This document shows, in pieces, positions 50,265 to 59,008 of a stretch of 64,000 nt of DNA. A model generated the notes under the pieces. The model was given only the letters and a program-made list of their open reading frames with translations, did no database searches and was not told the DNA's origin. Origin of the DNA: Acidobacteriota bacterium (GTDB lineage Bacteria > Acidobacteriota > UBA6911 > RPQK01 > CBDAPI01). Made by a program: the position numbers and the translations under genes. The stretch covers positions 129,842 to 193,841 of the forward strand of contig CBDBGQ010000053.1 in assembly GCA_965205345.1 (NCBI GenBank), in the 5' to 3' direction. Every line of letters starts with the position of its first letter. Position 1 is the first letter of the stretch.

Positions 50265-51050
50265 TTAGGGTTTTGTTTTCTCAATCATAGGGAGGAGATC
50301 GGTCTGCTTGGCAGAGGTTGTGTTTTTGAACTGAAACACCTCGTCGGGAAGACTCATCGCCTTCCACTCGGTGATCACTGCCTGGTACTGCGGATGGCCA
50401 TCCTCCAGCTTGTAGGTGATGACGAGCTTTCTGGGAACGGGTTTTGCACCCGCGTCGATCCAGATCTGCCAGTCGACAGCCTCGTGAGTGAAAACCAGAT
50501 GGTGACATTTCCGGCTGCCCACGTAGTGCAAGCCGGCATAGGTGCCGGTTCGGATACCAGGCTGAACAGCCTTGAAGACGTCGCTGTAAAGCAGGTCAGC
50601 CACCGGCAAAACCACATCATAGGTCTCGGCCAGATGATCCAGCGTTGCATCAATGGTCGCGGGAATTCCTTCCAGGACGCCATACACGTTGTGAACCTTG
50701 TCAAACAGCGTGATCTTACTGCCGTCATACCAGACACTGCTCCTGTCCGTGTCCCCCTGGACATCACCTGCCAGCCGATCAGGACGGCGAACGCCGAACT
50801 TTCGAACATTGGAGAGCTGAACTCGAAGACCTCCGTCGATGAACTCGTCGACCGTCTCCTCCACGCTCATCGCAAACTCTTGGACACTGCCCAGATAATC
50901 ACTCATCGAACGAAGAGCCTCTCGTGCCTGTGCATCAATTCGGGCAATGGTCTCCTCTTTTTCTTCCGCCTGAGCGAAGACGGAGAGCGGAAGCAGGAAG
51001 AGGAAAAAAAGACCACTCAACGCAACGAAAAGGTGCCTGGATCGGTTCAT
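50265..51050 (-). CDS. DUF2092 (LolA-like fold) periplasmic protein
   Basis: Has signal peptide MNRSRHLFVALSGLFFLFLLPLSVFAQ. Overall composition and length match the DUF2092/LolA-like family (moderate certainty). Confidence 0.5.
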   Translation of the reverse strand: MNRSRHLFVALSGLFFLFLLPLSVFAQAEEKEETIARIDAQAREALRSMSDYLGSVQEFAMSVEETVDEFIDGGLRVQLSNVRKFGVRRPDRLAGDVQGDTDRSSVWYDGSKITLFDKVHNVYGVLEGIPATIDATLDHLAETYDVVLPVADLLYSDVFKAVQPGIRTGTYAGLHYVGSRKCHHLVFTHEAVDWQIWIDAGAKPVPRKLVITYKLEDGHPQYQAVITEWKAMSLPDEVFQFKNTTSAKQTDLLPMIEKTKP

Positions 51051-51128
51051 CTGGACGGCTCGCTCACTTTCTGGTGTGTTCGTAGGACTCGACTTTGAGA
51101 GTAAGCTTCTCCTTCTTTCCATCCACGG

Positions 51129-52418
51129 TCATGAGGCCCAGGTAATTGGTCCCGTCGGGCAGGCATTGTTGTAAAAGTTGATCGAGAGGTCGACTGCGTC
51201 GTCGGGGCCGTCCAGGTAAGAGGAAGCCGTGACTTTGCGTATCGCCTGGACGGTCTTGTCGATGGAGATGGTCATCGTATCCCCGGGCTTGTAAAGATCT
51301 GCAATCGTCAGATTGACAATCCCTTCTCCCGGACCCATGGTCATGGAACCCTTTCCGGCCTTGAATTGCTCCTGCAGGCGAGACGGATCCGGCTTGGAGT
51401 AGTGCCCGACCAGGCTCATCATTCGCTCCGCGTAGTCTTTCAGTTCGTCCACTTTCTGGGCGATCTTCTTCTTGATCCTTCTTCCTCGCCGGCCGCCGCC
51501 GCCGCCCTTCTTTTGATCTTCTCCGGGCGGGCCGATATCCGTCTTCTGCTGCTTTCCATCCGGTCCTATGGCGATCTGGTAGACCATCGTTTTCTTGACA
51601 TCGCCGCCCTTCAGAACCTCAACCTTCTGTTTCCACGTGTAGTGGGCGAGTTTCTTGTTGTTTTCGGCTGAAGCCTGCTTGAAAGAGGCCAGCTGGGCCT
51701 GCGCCTGCTGCTGCTTCGCCGCCTGCTCAGGCGAGGCCTGGGCCGGTTTTGCTGCTGCGGCAGTGGGCAGCGTCACCGAGTTCTCGAGCTTGAAACTGAA
51801 CTTCTGCTCGGCACCGAACTCAACCTCTTTGCCCCGGGTCAGAAGGGTCGCACCGACACCGACCGCCACCCCGATCACAGCTCCTTTGGCCGCCCCGTCT
51901 CCTCCGTCGGCGATGGCGCCAATGCCGGCTCCAGCTCCGACGGCTGCTGCAATGCGCTTGCCATCACGGCCCTTCGACCCCTCCGATTCAAAGGTCAGAG
52001 TGTTGGTTTGAATGGCCACGCTTTGTTGACCGGCCTTGAAGGAGCTCAGGGTCAATACCATTTTTCCTTTCCCTTTGACCCTTCCCGACTTTTTCGCCTC
52101 GACGACTGTGCCGGTGACATCAGCGCCCCGCTTCAGCACGGCGACGCCGCTTACGACGACGTCCTTATCGAGAACGGTCCGGAAACTTTCTCCCGTTTTG
52201 TTTTTCCCGCTTGTAAGACCCTGCACCAGGCGAACTTGAAATTCAGTACCGGCAGGGAGGGCGCTCGGATTTGCCGGGGTGGCTTTGGGGGCAGCGCGAA
52301 CTGGCGGGGCGGGTTTAGATGCCGGCTGGGCGGAGGCCCGGGCATTAGAAAAGTGATCGAAGTTCTCGATCTTGAGTTCCAGGCCCTGGCTGGGATAACT
52401 CACGATCAGGCGCGCCAC
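51129..52418 (-). CDS. Glycine-zipper domain protein (GTG start) with Ala/Gln-rich linker and C-terminal globular domain
   Basis: Has the AAVGAGAGIGAIADGGDGAAKGAVIGVAVGVGA glycine-zipper segment, a KPAQASPEQAAKQQQAQAQ linker, and a basic GGGGGRRGRRIKKK patch. Confidence 0.5.
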   Translation of the reverse strand: MARLIVSYPSQGLELKIENFDHFSNARASAQPASKPAPPVRAAPKATPANPSALPAGTEFQVRLVQGLTSGKNKTGESFRTVLDKDVVVSGVAVLKRGADVTGTVVEAKKSGRVKGKGKMVLTLSSFKAGQQSVAIQTNTLTFESEGSKGRDGKRIAAAVGAGAGIGAIADGGDGAAKGAVIGVAVGVGATLLTRGKEVEFGAEQKFSFKLENSVTLPTAAAAKPAQASPEQAAKQQQAQAQLASFKQASAENNKKLAHYTWKQKVEVLKGGDVKKTMVYQIAIGPDGKQQKTDIGPPGEDQKKGGGGGRRGRRIKKKIAQKVDELKDYAERMMSLVGHYSKPDPSRLQEQFKAGKGSMTMGPGEGIVNLTIADLYKPGDTMTISIDKTVQAIRKVTASSYLDGPDDAVDLSINFYNNACPTGPITWAS

Positions 52419-52449
52419 GTACGTAGGCCCGTTATTGGGAAGGGACCGG

Positions 52450-53019
52450 TTAGTCGGCCTTGATCTGGAGGGGTGCCGCCCGGTAGCTTGTCTCGACTTC
52501 GGCCTTCTCGAGCCTCTGCCCGCGCCCGGTCAGTTCCACGGAGTCTCCCGACTGAAGGAAGTTCTCGCCCTCAATTCGAATGGTCGCGGAATTGCGTCCT
52601 TCCCAGATCTCGGATCGCTGCAGGAAAACAGCAAAGGCCTTGGGATCCGGCTGCGTATAGGCAAAGCCTCAATCTTCCAGATCTGCAACCATTCCCCGCA
52701 TCTCCGGTGTCAGGTCACCACTGCCCCCCACGGTGGTCCTCTGCAGCTTGCCGTCGATGTCGTAGCGAACCTTGACGAGACGCGTGACAGGCTCCCCGCT
52801 AACAAGAACTTCCGTACGTTTCGTCCAGCTGTAGGCACGCAGCATTTGTTGGTTCTGCGACATCTTCTGGGCAATCTGCTGATTCTTGGACTGAGCTCGG
52901 AGCTGAGTAGCTGGAACCAGCATCAGGCCAAGAGCGACTGTCATGACTCCTCGAACCCATCCCCACTGGCTTGCTGAGTATGAATCCCGCGCAACATTGT
53001 TCTCTCTTGACAATGTCAT
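52450..53019 (-). CDS. Secreted hypothetical protein whose reading frame contains an in-frame TGA at 52666-52668
   Basis: Has a signal-like segment MTVALGLMLVPATQLRAQS. The protein-like sequence runs ...TPEMRGMVADLED-TGA-GFAYTQPDPKAFAVFLQRSEIWEGRNSATIRIEGENFLQSGDSVELTGRGQRLEKAEVETSYRAAPLQIKAD, ending at TAA (52450-52452). There is no start codon after the TGA. Confidence 0.4.
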
Positions 53020-53254
53020 GGAACGATCCTCCGTTAATATTCTTGTGCTGCGTTACGAACCTGCCGACGTTCTCACGCCGTGCCGCCCGGTTCCCGAGGG
53101 TATCAGGAGTTGCCATCGATTCCAAGGGCGAGGTGGGGCCGATTCGCCTTGCTCCAGAGCAGCATACAACTCACCCAGAACCGGGAGAATCTAGGGGCCG
53201 GTATCCCACAACCTAGTGCAGCTCGCCAAAAGTTTGGTAGTGGGTCAGTTTGAA

Positions 53255-54148
53255 TTAGGTAGTATTCTTTTTGTACGGTCCACGGGTCAAATATCCCGCG
53301 TGCATCTCTTCTCGCTCCTTCTGTTCTAGAAGTCCAACGATCTCCTCTGTTTCCCACACATGATCCGAGACACCAACTTCCATTGCGGGGGTCACTCTCA
53401 GACTACTATGGACCCTAGCGAAGTTGTAGTACATGAAGTGAAGCGCTACGGCATGGCATAGATTCTCTACCTTTTTGCTGAAAGCATTGGTCAAGCGGGT
53501 AAACCGCCTCATGCTCATTCGCATCGTGAGGTTCTGTCTCTCCACATAGCTGGTTGAGATGAAGTCCGGATTCGGGTTTCCAGTGACTGTCTCCCGTTTG
53601 GTTCTGTTGCACTTTGCTGGGCTGTAACGGCTCTCTTTCTCTACCGGGGGCGCACCGTACACCTTGATGAGCATGGAATAGTCCACGTCTCCACCGAAAG
53701 CTCCATCTACGGCTTCCAGGTAGACCTTGTGGCCGTCAGTGGTTAGCTGGATGCGATTGGCCATCCTATCTGCCAGATCGCGCATGAACAGGGAGGCGGT
53801 ATCTCCGTCCCTGTTTCCAACCATCCAAGTTGGGACGATCTTGGTATCAGCGCAGATCGCCGTCCATGTCCAGACATCACCATATCCGAACTCCCCTTGT
53901 CTTTCCTCTGGAACGTTGGAAGCCTTCGAGTAGCAGAACGACCAAATCTCGTCACACTCGATCCGCTTACATGATAGATCCCGTAGGGTTTCATGCTGAT
54001 ACTCAGCGCAGACCTCGCCAATCTCCGCCAGGAGCTTCACGACCGTGTTTTTAGATACGCCGGTCATCCTGACGGTGGATCGGATGGAGTTACCCTCAAC
54101 CAGGGCGGAAACGATCTGAACCCTCTTTTTGGTGGAAAGCCTGTTCAT
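53255..54148 (-). CDS. IS1/IS1595-family DDE transposase
   Basis: Has an N-terminal HTH (STKKRVQIVSALVEGNSIRSTVRMTGVSKNTV). Blocks CDEIWSFCYSKASN, TDGHKVYLEAV and YVERQNLTMRMSMRRFTRLTNAFSKKVENLCHAVALHFMYYNFARVH...TPAM parallel the IS1 InsB / IS1595 catalytic region. Confidence 0.65.
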   Translation of the reverse strand: MNRLSTKKRVQIVSALVEGNSIRSTVRMTGVSKNTVVKLLAEIGEVCAEYQHETLRDLSCKRIECDEIWSFCYSKASNVPEERQGEFGYGDVWTWTAICADTKIVPTWMVGNRDGDTASLFMRDLADRMANRIQLTTDGHKVYLEAVDGAFGGDVDYSMLIKVYGAPPVEKESRYSPAKCNRTKRETVTGNPNPDFISTSYVERQNLTMRMSMRRFTRLTNAFSKKVENLCHAVALHFMYYNFARVHSSLRVTPAMEVGVSDHVWETEEIVGLLEQKEREEMHAGYLTRGPYKKNTT

Positions 54149-54236
54149 AGGAATATTGTGCCTGATTTAGCTTACACAGTCAAGCATTCTTATGACTTTG
54201 CTTTTTTGCGCAGACTGATGTGTTAGCCTCCTAGGC

Positions 54237-55382
54237 ATGGAAGAATGCCACATGGACTGTAAAACTCCGGGCCAATTGATCAGGGCGCTTTTGGAGGAAT
54301 ACGGCTGGACACAGAGGGTCTTGGCAATAGTGCTGGATGTCGATGAAACTGGAATAAACAAGATCGTATCGGACAAGCGGCCCATTAAAGCCGAAATGGC
54401 TATCTTGCTAGGTGAGCTTTTCGACACTCCCGCCGAGAGATTCCTAGAACTTCAGAAACTCTACGATCTTGCGAAAGCCAGGTTTTCCGCACGCCCAGAC
54501 GCAGGCCGGACAAATCGGGCGCATCTATTTGGTGGCCTACCAGTCACGGAGATGATTAAGCGGAGGTGGATAGAAGCCAAGGATATTAAGGACGTATCCG
54601 CCGTGGAGTCTTCTCTGGCGAGATTTTTCGGGGTTTCTTCGCCCCAGGAAATAGAGATTCTTCCGCACGCTGCCAAGAAAACCGTTGTTTCGTGTCCGGC
54701 CAGCCCCAGCCAGTTGGCATGGATCTACCGGGTGAAGCAAATCGCCAGTGAAATGCTTGTCCCTCCATACTCAACAGTGGCTCTAAAGAAGGCCCTCCAT
54801 AGGTTGAGTGCCTTGTTGTCGGCACCCGAAGAAGCCCGCATGGTACCAAGAATACTTGCCGAGAGCGGAATCCGTTTTGTCATTGTCGAATCTATTTCCT
54901 CGGCCAAGATAGATGGTGTTTGTTTTTGGTTAGACGACCGTTCTCCTATTGTGGGAATGTCACTTCGATTTGATCGTATCGACAACTTCTGGTTCGTCCT
55001 TAGGCATGAATTAGAACATGTCTACAGAAAGCATGGACGCATAGCCGTGGCCCTAGATGCGGAGCTGGAAGGCGATCGCGCTGGAACCGGCTCCCACATT
55101 CCTGAGCAAGAACGAATCTCCAACATGGCAGCCGCTGAATTTTGCGTGCCCTCAGAGAGTATGGACAGCTTCATCGCCCGAAAAGCGCCGTTTTTCGCGC
55201 AGCGGGATCTGCTTGGATTCGCCACAACATTGGGCGTTCATCCAGGTCTAGTGGCTGGCCAACTACAGCATCGGACGGGCCGTTATGATCTATTCCGAAA
55301 TCATTTGTCTAAGATAAAGTTTGCCGTCGCTCCCAGTGCTATGGTCGATGGTTGGGGCGACGTTGCCCCTGTGGAGATGTGA
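54237..55382 (+). CDS. XRE-family HTH domain fused to ImmA/IrrE-family zinc metallopeptidase (COG2856-like)
   Basis: N-terminal Cro/C1 HTH (GQLIRALLEEYGWTQRVLAIVLDVDETGINKIVS). C-terminal HEXXH motif (RHELEHV) with downstream Glu, typical of ImmA/IrrE. Confidence 0.75.
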   Translation: MEECHMDCKTPGQLIRALLEEYGWTQRVLAIVLDVDETGINKIVSDKRPIKAEMAILLGELFDTPAERFLELQKLYDLAKARFSARPDAGRTNRAHLFGGLPVTEMIKRRWIEAKDIKDVSAVESSLARFFGVSSPQEIEILPHAAKKTVVSCPASPSQLAWIYRVKQIASEMLVPPYSTVALKKALHRLSALLSAPEEARMVPRILAESGIRFVIVESISSAKIDGVCFWLDDRSPIVGMSLRFDRIDNFWFVLRHELEHVYRKHGRIAVALDAELEGDRAGTGSHIPEQERISNMAAAEFCVPSESMDSFIARKAPFFAQRDLLGFATTLGVHPGLVAGQLQHRTGRYDLFRNHLSKIKFAVAPSAMVDGWGDVAPVEM

Positions 55383-55399
55383 TAGGAGAAAAAGGAACA

Positions 55400-55873
55400 A
55401 TGGGAAAAACTAAAGAAATGCAGTTGATCATCAAGCAGTACAAGGACATGACCGGAGAGACACAAGTGGATATACATAAGGTGGCGAAGTTCGCTGCTGA
55501 TATGGGATGGCCCTTGTCGCAACCAGAGGACCCTCTTGATCGGCTTGCGCAGAGTTTTACCAGAGCCGCTCGTAAGGAGATCAAAAAAGACAAGGCCACA
55601 AACAGGACGTATCGCGTTAATCATGCAATCCCTGATCCAACCGGGCAGTATTCGCTTTGGATCGACATCGATGAAGCTCCAAGAAAGCACATGCACAAGT
55701 CTCTGGTTAATCGACGGGAGCAGATGGTAGGCGATGGACTGCAACTGACGCTTGATGCGGATCACTGGAACCGAATCAATCCAAACGAGGAACCGATTCA
55801 GCTACCCATGGACTTTACTCAAGACGTTGAATGGCGAAAGAATGCACCGCAAAGGGATCGAGAGGCGAGCTAG
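55400..55873 (+). CDS. Hypothetical protein (157 aa) immediately downstream of the HTH-ImmA gene, inside the IS
   Basis: Has a good RBS (aggagaaaaaggaacaATG). I recognise no family and it has no TM. The ORF-track start at 55352 overlaps the ImmA gene, so the internal Met is preferred. Confidence 0.45.
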   Translation: MGKTKEMQLIIKQYKDMTGETQVDIHKVAKFAADMGWPLSQPEDPLDRLAQSFTRAARKEIKKDKATNRTYRVNHAIPDPTGQYSLWIDIDEAPRKHMHKSLVNRREQMVGDGLQLTLDADHWNRINPNEEPIQLPMDFTQDVEWRKNAPQRDREAS

Positions 55874-56154
55874 TCAGAATTAGACTTCTTTTTCCAGCGT
55901 GCTTCTGCAGCAGTTTTGGCAATCTCAGAGCGTTGCTCTGGTGTCAGGCTTTGGGCCCGTGCTTTCCCTCCTTTTTGCCCTCCACCGCTTCCCAGGATGG
56001 CCCCACCTAGTTTCAGTAATTCCTCATCGGATAACCTCTGCCGGAGCTTGGCCAACTCCGCATGTATCCGCTCGTCAGAAGTAGCCTCTCCTGTGGTCTC
56101 TCTCAGGATTCGAGCGGCCACTTCGTTAGGATCGCTATCTTGTCGTCTGGGCAT
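55870..56154 (-). CDS. Small hypothetical protein (94 aa) with basic Lys/Ala-rich C-terminal tail
   Basis: C-terminus is GGQKGGKARAQSLTPEQRSEIAKTAAEARWKKK, suggestive of a nucleic-acid-binding tail. It is the first gene inside the right IR, convergent with the 157-aa gene. Confidence 0.4.
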   Translation of the reverse strand: MPRRQDSDPNEVAARILRETTGEATSDERIHAELAKLRQRLSDEELLKLGGAILGSGGGQKGGKARAQSLTPEQRSEIAKTAAEARWKKKSNSD

Positions 56155-56250
56155 GATTGAATTATGTCAGATGGGACCCAGGGCGTGAAGGGCTTAGGAT
56201 TCAAACTGACCCACTACCAAAAGTTTTGACCCAGGCCAGCACCATCTACC

Positions 56251-57703
56251 CTAGCAGCCCGTGGTGAAAGTCGAGGATAAGGGGTCACACAGCGACACTA
56301 GACTGACCCCATGGCAATGGGGAAAAAGAAACGTCGACAGCAAGAAGACCTGTGGGTCGCCACCAGTGAGCTGCCCCGCACCGCCGGCCATCCCTTCTAC
56401 GAAAGACTGAATGGCCTTTTCAACGAACACGGCTTTGACGACTTCGTGGAGGGACTGTGTGCGAAGTTCTATGCAGACAAGATGGGGCGACCGAGCCTGG
56501 CTCCGGGAGTGTACTTTCGGCTGCTGCTGGTGGGGTATTTCGAAGGGATCGGATCGGAACGAGGAATAGCCTGGAGAGCAGCTGATTCTCTGGCACTGCG
56601 AGAGTTTCTGGGATTGAAACTGAGCGAGTCGCCGTCTGATCACTCCACGATCTCCCGAACCCGACGACTGATCGATGTGGCTACCCACGAAGCAGTCTTT
56701 GACTGGGTACTGAAGCGGATCGGGGCGAGCGGCCTGCTGCGGGGCAAGACGATCGGCATCGATGCCACTACGCTGGAAGCGAATGCAGCGCTGCGCAGCA
56801 TCGTGCGCCGGGACAGCGAGCAGGGGTATGAAGAGTTTTTGATGGAGCTGGCGAAAGCCTCCGGGATTGAGACGCCGCGACGGGAAGATCTGGCCAAACT
56901 GGACCGCAAGCGCACGGGCAAAGGATCGAACCGGGTTTGGAAGCACCCGCATGATGCGGATGCGCGGATTACCAGAATGAAGGACGGGCGGACGCACCTG
57001 GCGCACAAGGCGGAGCATGCAGTGGATCTGGAGACCGGAGCGATTGTCTCGGTGACGGTACAGGGAGCCGATCAAGGGGACACGCAGACCATGGTGAAGA
57101 CCCTGACGGAAGCGGCCGAGAAGGTGGAACAAGCGCTGCCGGAGGGACGAGGCATCGAAGAGGTGGTGGCCGACAAGGGGTATCACAGCACGCAGCGGAT
57201 GGTGGACCTGGATGCGGTGGGACTGCGCAGCTATGTGAGCGAACCGAGGCGAGGGAAGCGACGCTGGCGAGGAGACCGGCAGGGGCAGGAAGCGGTGTAT
57301 GCGAATCGGCGGCGCATCCGGGGAGAGCGAGGGCAGCGGCTGCTGCGGCAACGAGGAGAGCAGCTGGAGCGACCCTGTGCGCATCTGTACGGGAGCGGAG
57401 GGATGAGACGGCTGCATGTACGGGGACATGAGAATGTGTTGAAGCGACTGCTGATCCAGGTGAGCGCCTTCAATCTGGGGATGCTGATGCGTCAGAGCCT
57501 GGGTGTGGGAACGCCGCGGGGTCTGCAGGGGCGGATTTGCGCCCTGATGCTACTGATTTTGTCGCTGTTCAAGCGTCTTAAGGGCCTGTTCGGACTGATT
57601 CCGGCTGCTTGGCCCGAAAAACCCAACTCAGCGACCCCTTCGCTGCTTCCACCCGTGGGTACCACCTGAGCTCAGAAAACGTACTTCCACCACGGGCTGC
57701 TAG
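56251..57703 (+). mobile_element. IS5/IS1182-family insertion sequence flanked by CTAG on both sides
   Basis: TIRs are ctag-cagcccgtggtgaaagt (56251-56271) and acttccaccacgggctg-ctag (57683-57703). Confidence 0.7.
56311..57669 (+). CDS. IS5/IS1182-family DDE transposase
   Basis: Has an InsH-like N-terminal domain (FYADKMGRPSLAPGVYFRLLLVGYFEGIGSERGIAWRAADSLALREFLG). The C-terminal DDE region includes VADKGYHS. Confidence 0.75.
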   Translation: MAMGKKKRRQQEDLWVATSELPRTAGHPFYERLNGLFNEHGFDDFVEGLCAKFYADKMGRPSLAPGVYFRLLLVGYFEGIGSERGIAWRAADSLALREFLGLKLSESPSDHSTISRTRRLIDVATHEAVFDWVLKRIGASGLLRGKTIGIDATTLEANAALRSIVRRDSEQGYEEFLMELAKASGIETPRREDLAKLDRKRTGKGSNRVWKHPHDADARITRMKDGRTHLAHKAEHAVDLETGAIVSVTVQGADQGDTQTMVKTLTEAAEKVEQALPEGRGIEEVVADKGYHSTQRMVDLDAVGLRSYVSEPRRGKRRWRGDRQGQEAVYANRRRIRGERGQRLLRQRGEQLERPCAHLYGSGGMRRLHVRGHENVLKRLLIQVSAFNLGMLMRQSLGVGTPRGLQGRICALMLLILSLFKRLKGLFGLIPAAWPEKPNSATPSLLPPVGTT

Positions 57704-57864
57704 TGTACTGTCCGGGAAGTTCGCGTCGTTAATTCGGGATGGATTTTCGTCGTCAGTGAGGCGCGCGACGCAGCAATGCCGGGAGTATTTCGAGGTAGCG
57801 CAACAAAGCTGTCGGCGAAAAGACGCCCGAAGTAGCGGCGTGAACTTTCCGGACAGTGCACTAG
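57700..57864. mobile_element. MITE copy B (~165 bp), flanked by CTAG, abutting the IS5/IS1182 right end
   Basis: Reads ctag-tgtactgtccgggaagttcgcg ... cgtgaactttccggacagtgca-ctag. It is the reverse complement of copy A at about 90 percent identity and shares its left CTAG with the IS terminal CTAG. Confidence 0.7.
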
Positions 57865-57961
57865 CGACTCGTTTTGCCAAGATCGGTTGCAGAACTAGAA
57901 AGACCAGCCTACGGATGTGGTGATTCCAAAATCGTTGCTCTCCACGTCAGACCCGGGGGGA

Positions 57962-58993
57962 TCACTGTCGAAATTGTCGAACAGAGAAAAGCTCACAAAG
58001 AAGTCCTTGAAAACCTCGTAGCGGATACGGCTCTCCAGTGTCCACGCGTACGCGGCCAGGGGAACTCAAACTGGGGAAAATGCTCACTACGGTGGATATG
58101 TCCATTTCCGGGTCTTCGAAGCGGAACATCTCGATGTCCCAGGAAGCAAGGGCCTCAATGTTGTTCTGACCCCCCTGTCCCGAAAACCTTTCCCGCGTAA
58201 AAACAAGCCCACCCCCGGCAGTGACGAGCGTCCGATTCGATTGCACGACCGCGCGCCCGATCAGGCCTCCGAGAGTAGTGCGAAAGTCCAAGTCGAGTTC
58301 GTCGTTGGTGGTCCAGTTGGCCAGGCCGGTTGTGAACCACTTCTTGCGCAGGAAGTGTTGGCTCTGGAACCCGACCACGTGGCGCGAGGTGCTCTCCAGA
58401 CCTTCCTGACGGCTGAACAGCGAGCTGACACTGACTCCGGTCTTGCGCTCGCGAGTTCGATGGCTGGCTTCTGCACCAATCGTCAGTTGACCCACCCGGT
58501 TGGCGCGCGTAAAGGATGATCCCAGATCCACATAACCATCGAGGCGCTGCCAGAATCCGTCCTCAATTGGAGTTACCTTCACAATCGATGGCTGGTCCAG
58601 GGAGATCTGCTGACCCTGAGCGACGACCTCGATCTTTTCTTCCTGAGATGAGTCCAGGGAACTAAAAAACCTCTTTCCTTCCTGGGTTTCCACTTCAAAC
58701 ACGTGCTGGCTGGAGACCGACGCAATCTCATTCCACTCGACGTACACCGTGCCCATGTAGCTGGTGCTCACCTCCAGCTTACCTCGTTCCAGCTTCTTGA
58801 TTTCGCAGGTGAGCCGATCCCCGTTCTCCATGATGAGAACATCGGTTTTGTCACGTGCCCAAAGAGAGGTCAGCAACAGCGTGCTCACGATTGCCAGAAC
58901 CGGTAGCTTGGGTCGGTAGAACCTTATCAGTGCCCGTTTGGGAGCCATTCGATCGTTCACTTCAATCCTTCCATTGCTTTCGTTCCCCCCCAT
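57962..58993 (-). CDS. DUF481 family outer-membrane protein
   Basis: Has signal/TM LPVLAIVSTLLLTSLWA, then the DUF481 N-terminal block DVLIMENGDRLTCEIKKLERGKLEVSTSYMGTVYVEWNEIASV. The C-terminal ~30 residues may be off-frame. Confidence 0.55.
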   Translation of the reverse strand: MGGNESNGRIEVNDRMAPKRALIRFYRPKLPVLAIVSTLLLTSLWARDKTDVLIMENGDRLTCEIKKLERGKLEVSTSYMGTVYVEWNEIASVSSQHVFEVETQEGKRFFSSLDSSQEEKIEVVAQGQQISLDQPSIVKVTPIEDGFWQRLDGYVDLGSSFTRANRVGQLTIGAEASHRTRERKTGVSVSSLFSRQEGLESTSRHVVGFQSQHFLRKKWFTTGLANWTTNDELDLDFRTTLGGLIGRAVVQSNRTLVTAGGGLVFTRERFSGQGGQNNIEALASWDIEMFRFEDPEMDISTVVSIFPSLSSPGRVRVDTGEPYPLRGFQGLLCELFSVRQFRQ

Positions 58994-59008
58994 CTAGAAA
59001 AAACAAAG

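Larger units (their letters stand above)
53224..56232. mobile_element. IS1/IS1595-family-like element (~3.0 kb) bounded by ~33-bp inverted repeats and carrying passenger genes
   Basis: Left IR is gccaaaagtttggtagtgggtcagtttgaat (53225-53255). Right IR is attcaaactgacccactaccaaaagttttgac (56199-56232); a 23-bp core is perfect. No clear target-site duplication. Confidence 0.65.

Noticed and set aside
52666-52668. In-frame TGA read as selenocysteine
   Set aside because: There is no redox-type Cys/Sec motif and I could not identify a convincing SECIS-like hairpin downstream. A mutation or base-call error is more economical.
53195-53224. Possible extension of the IS1595-like inverted repeats into the flanks, and similarity of the left flank (ctagtgcagctcg) to the IS5/IS1182 TIR
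   Set aside because: Identity is weak (about 7 of 15 after alignment) and could be chance, so it is not used to define boundaries.
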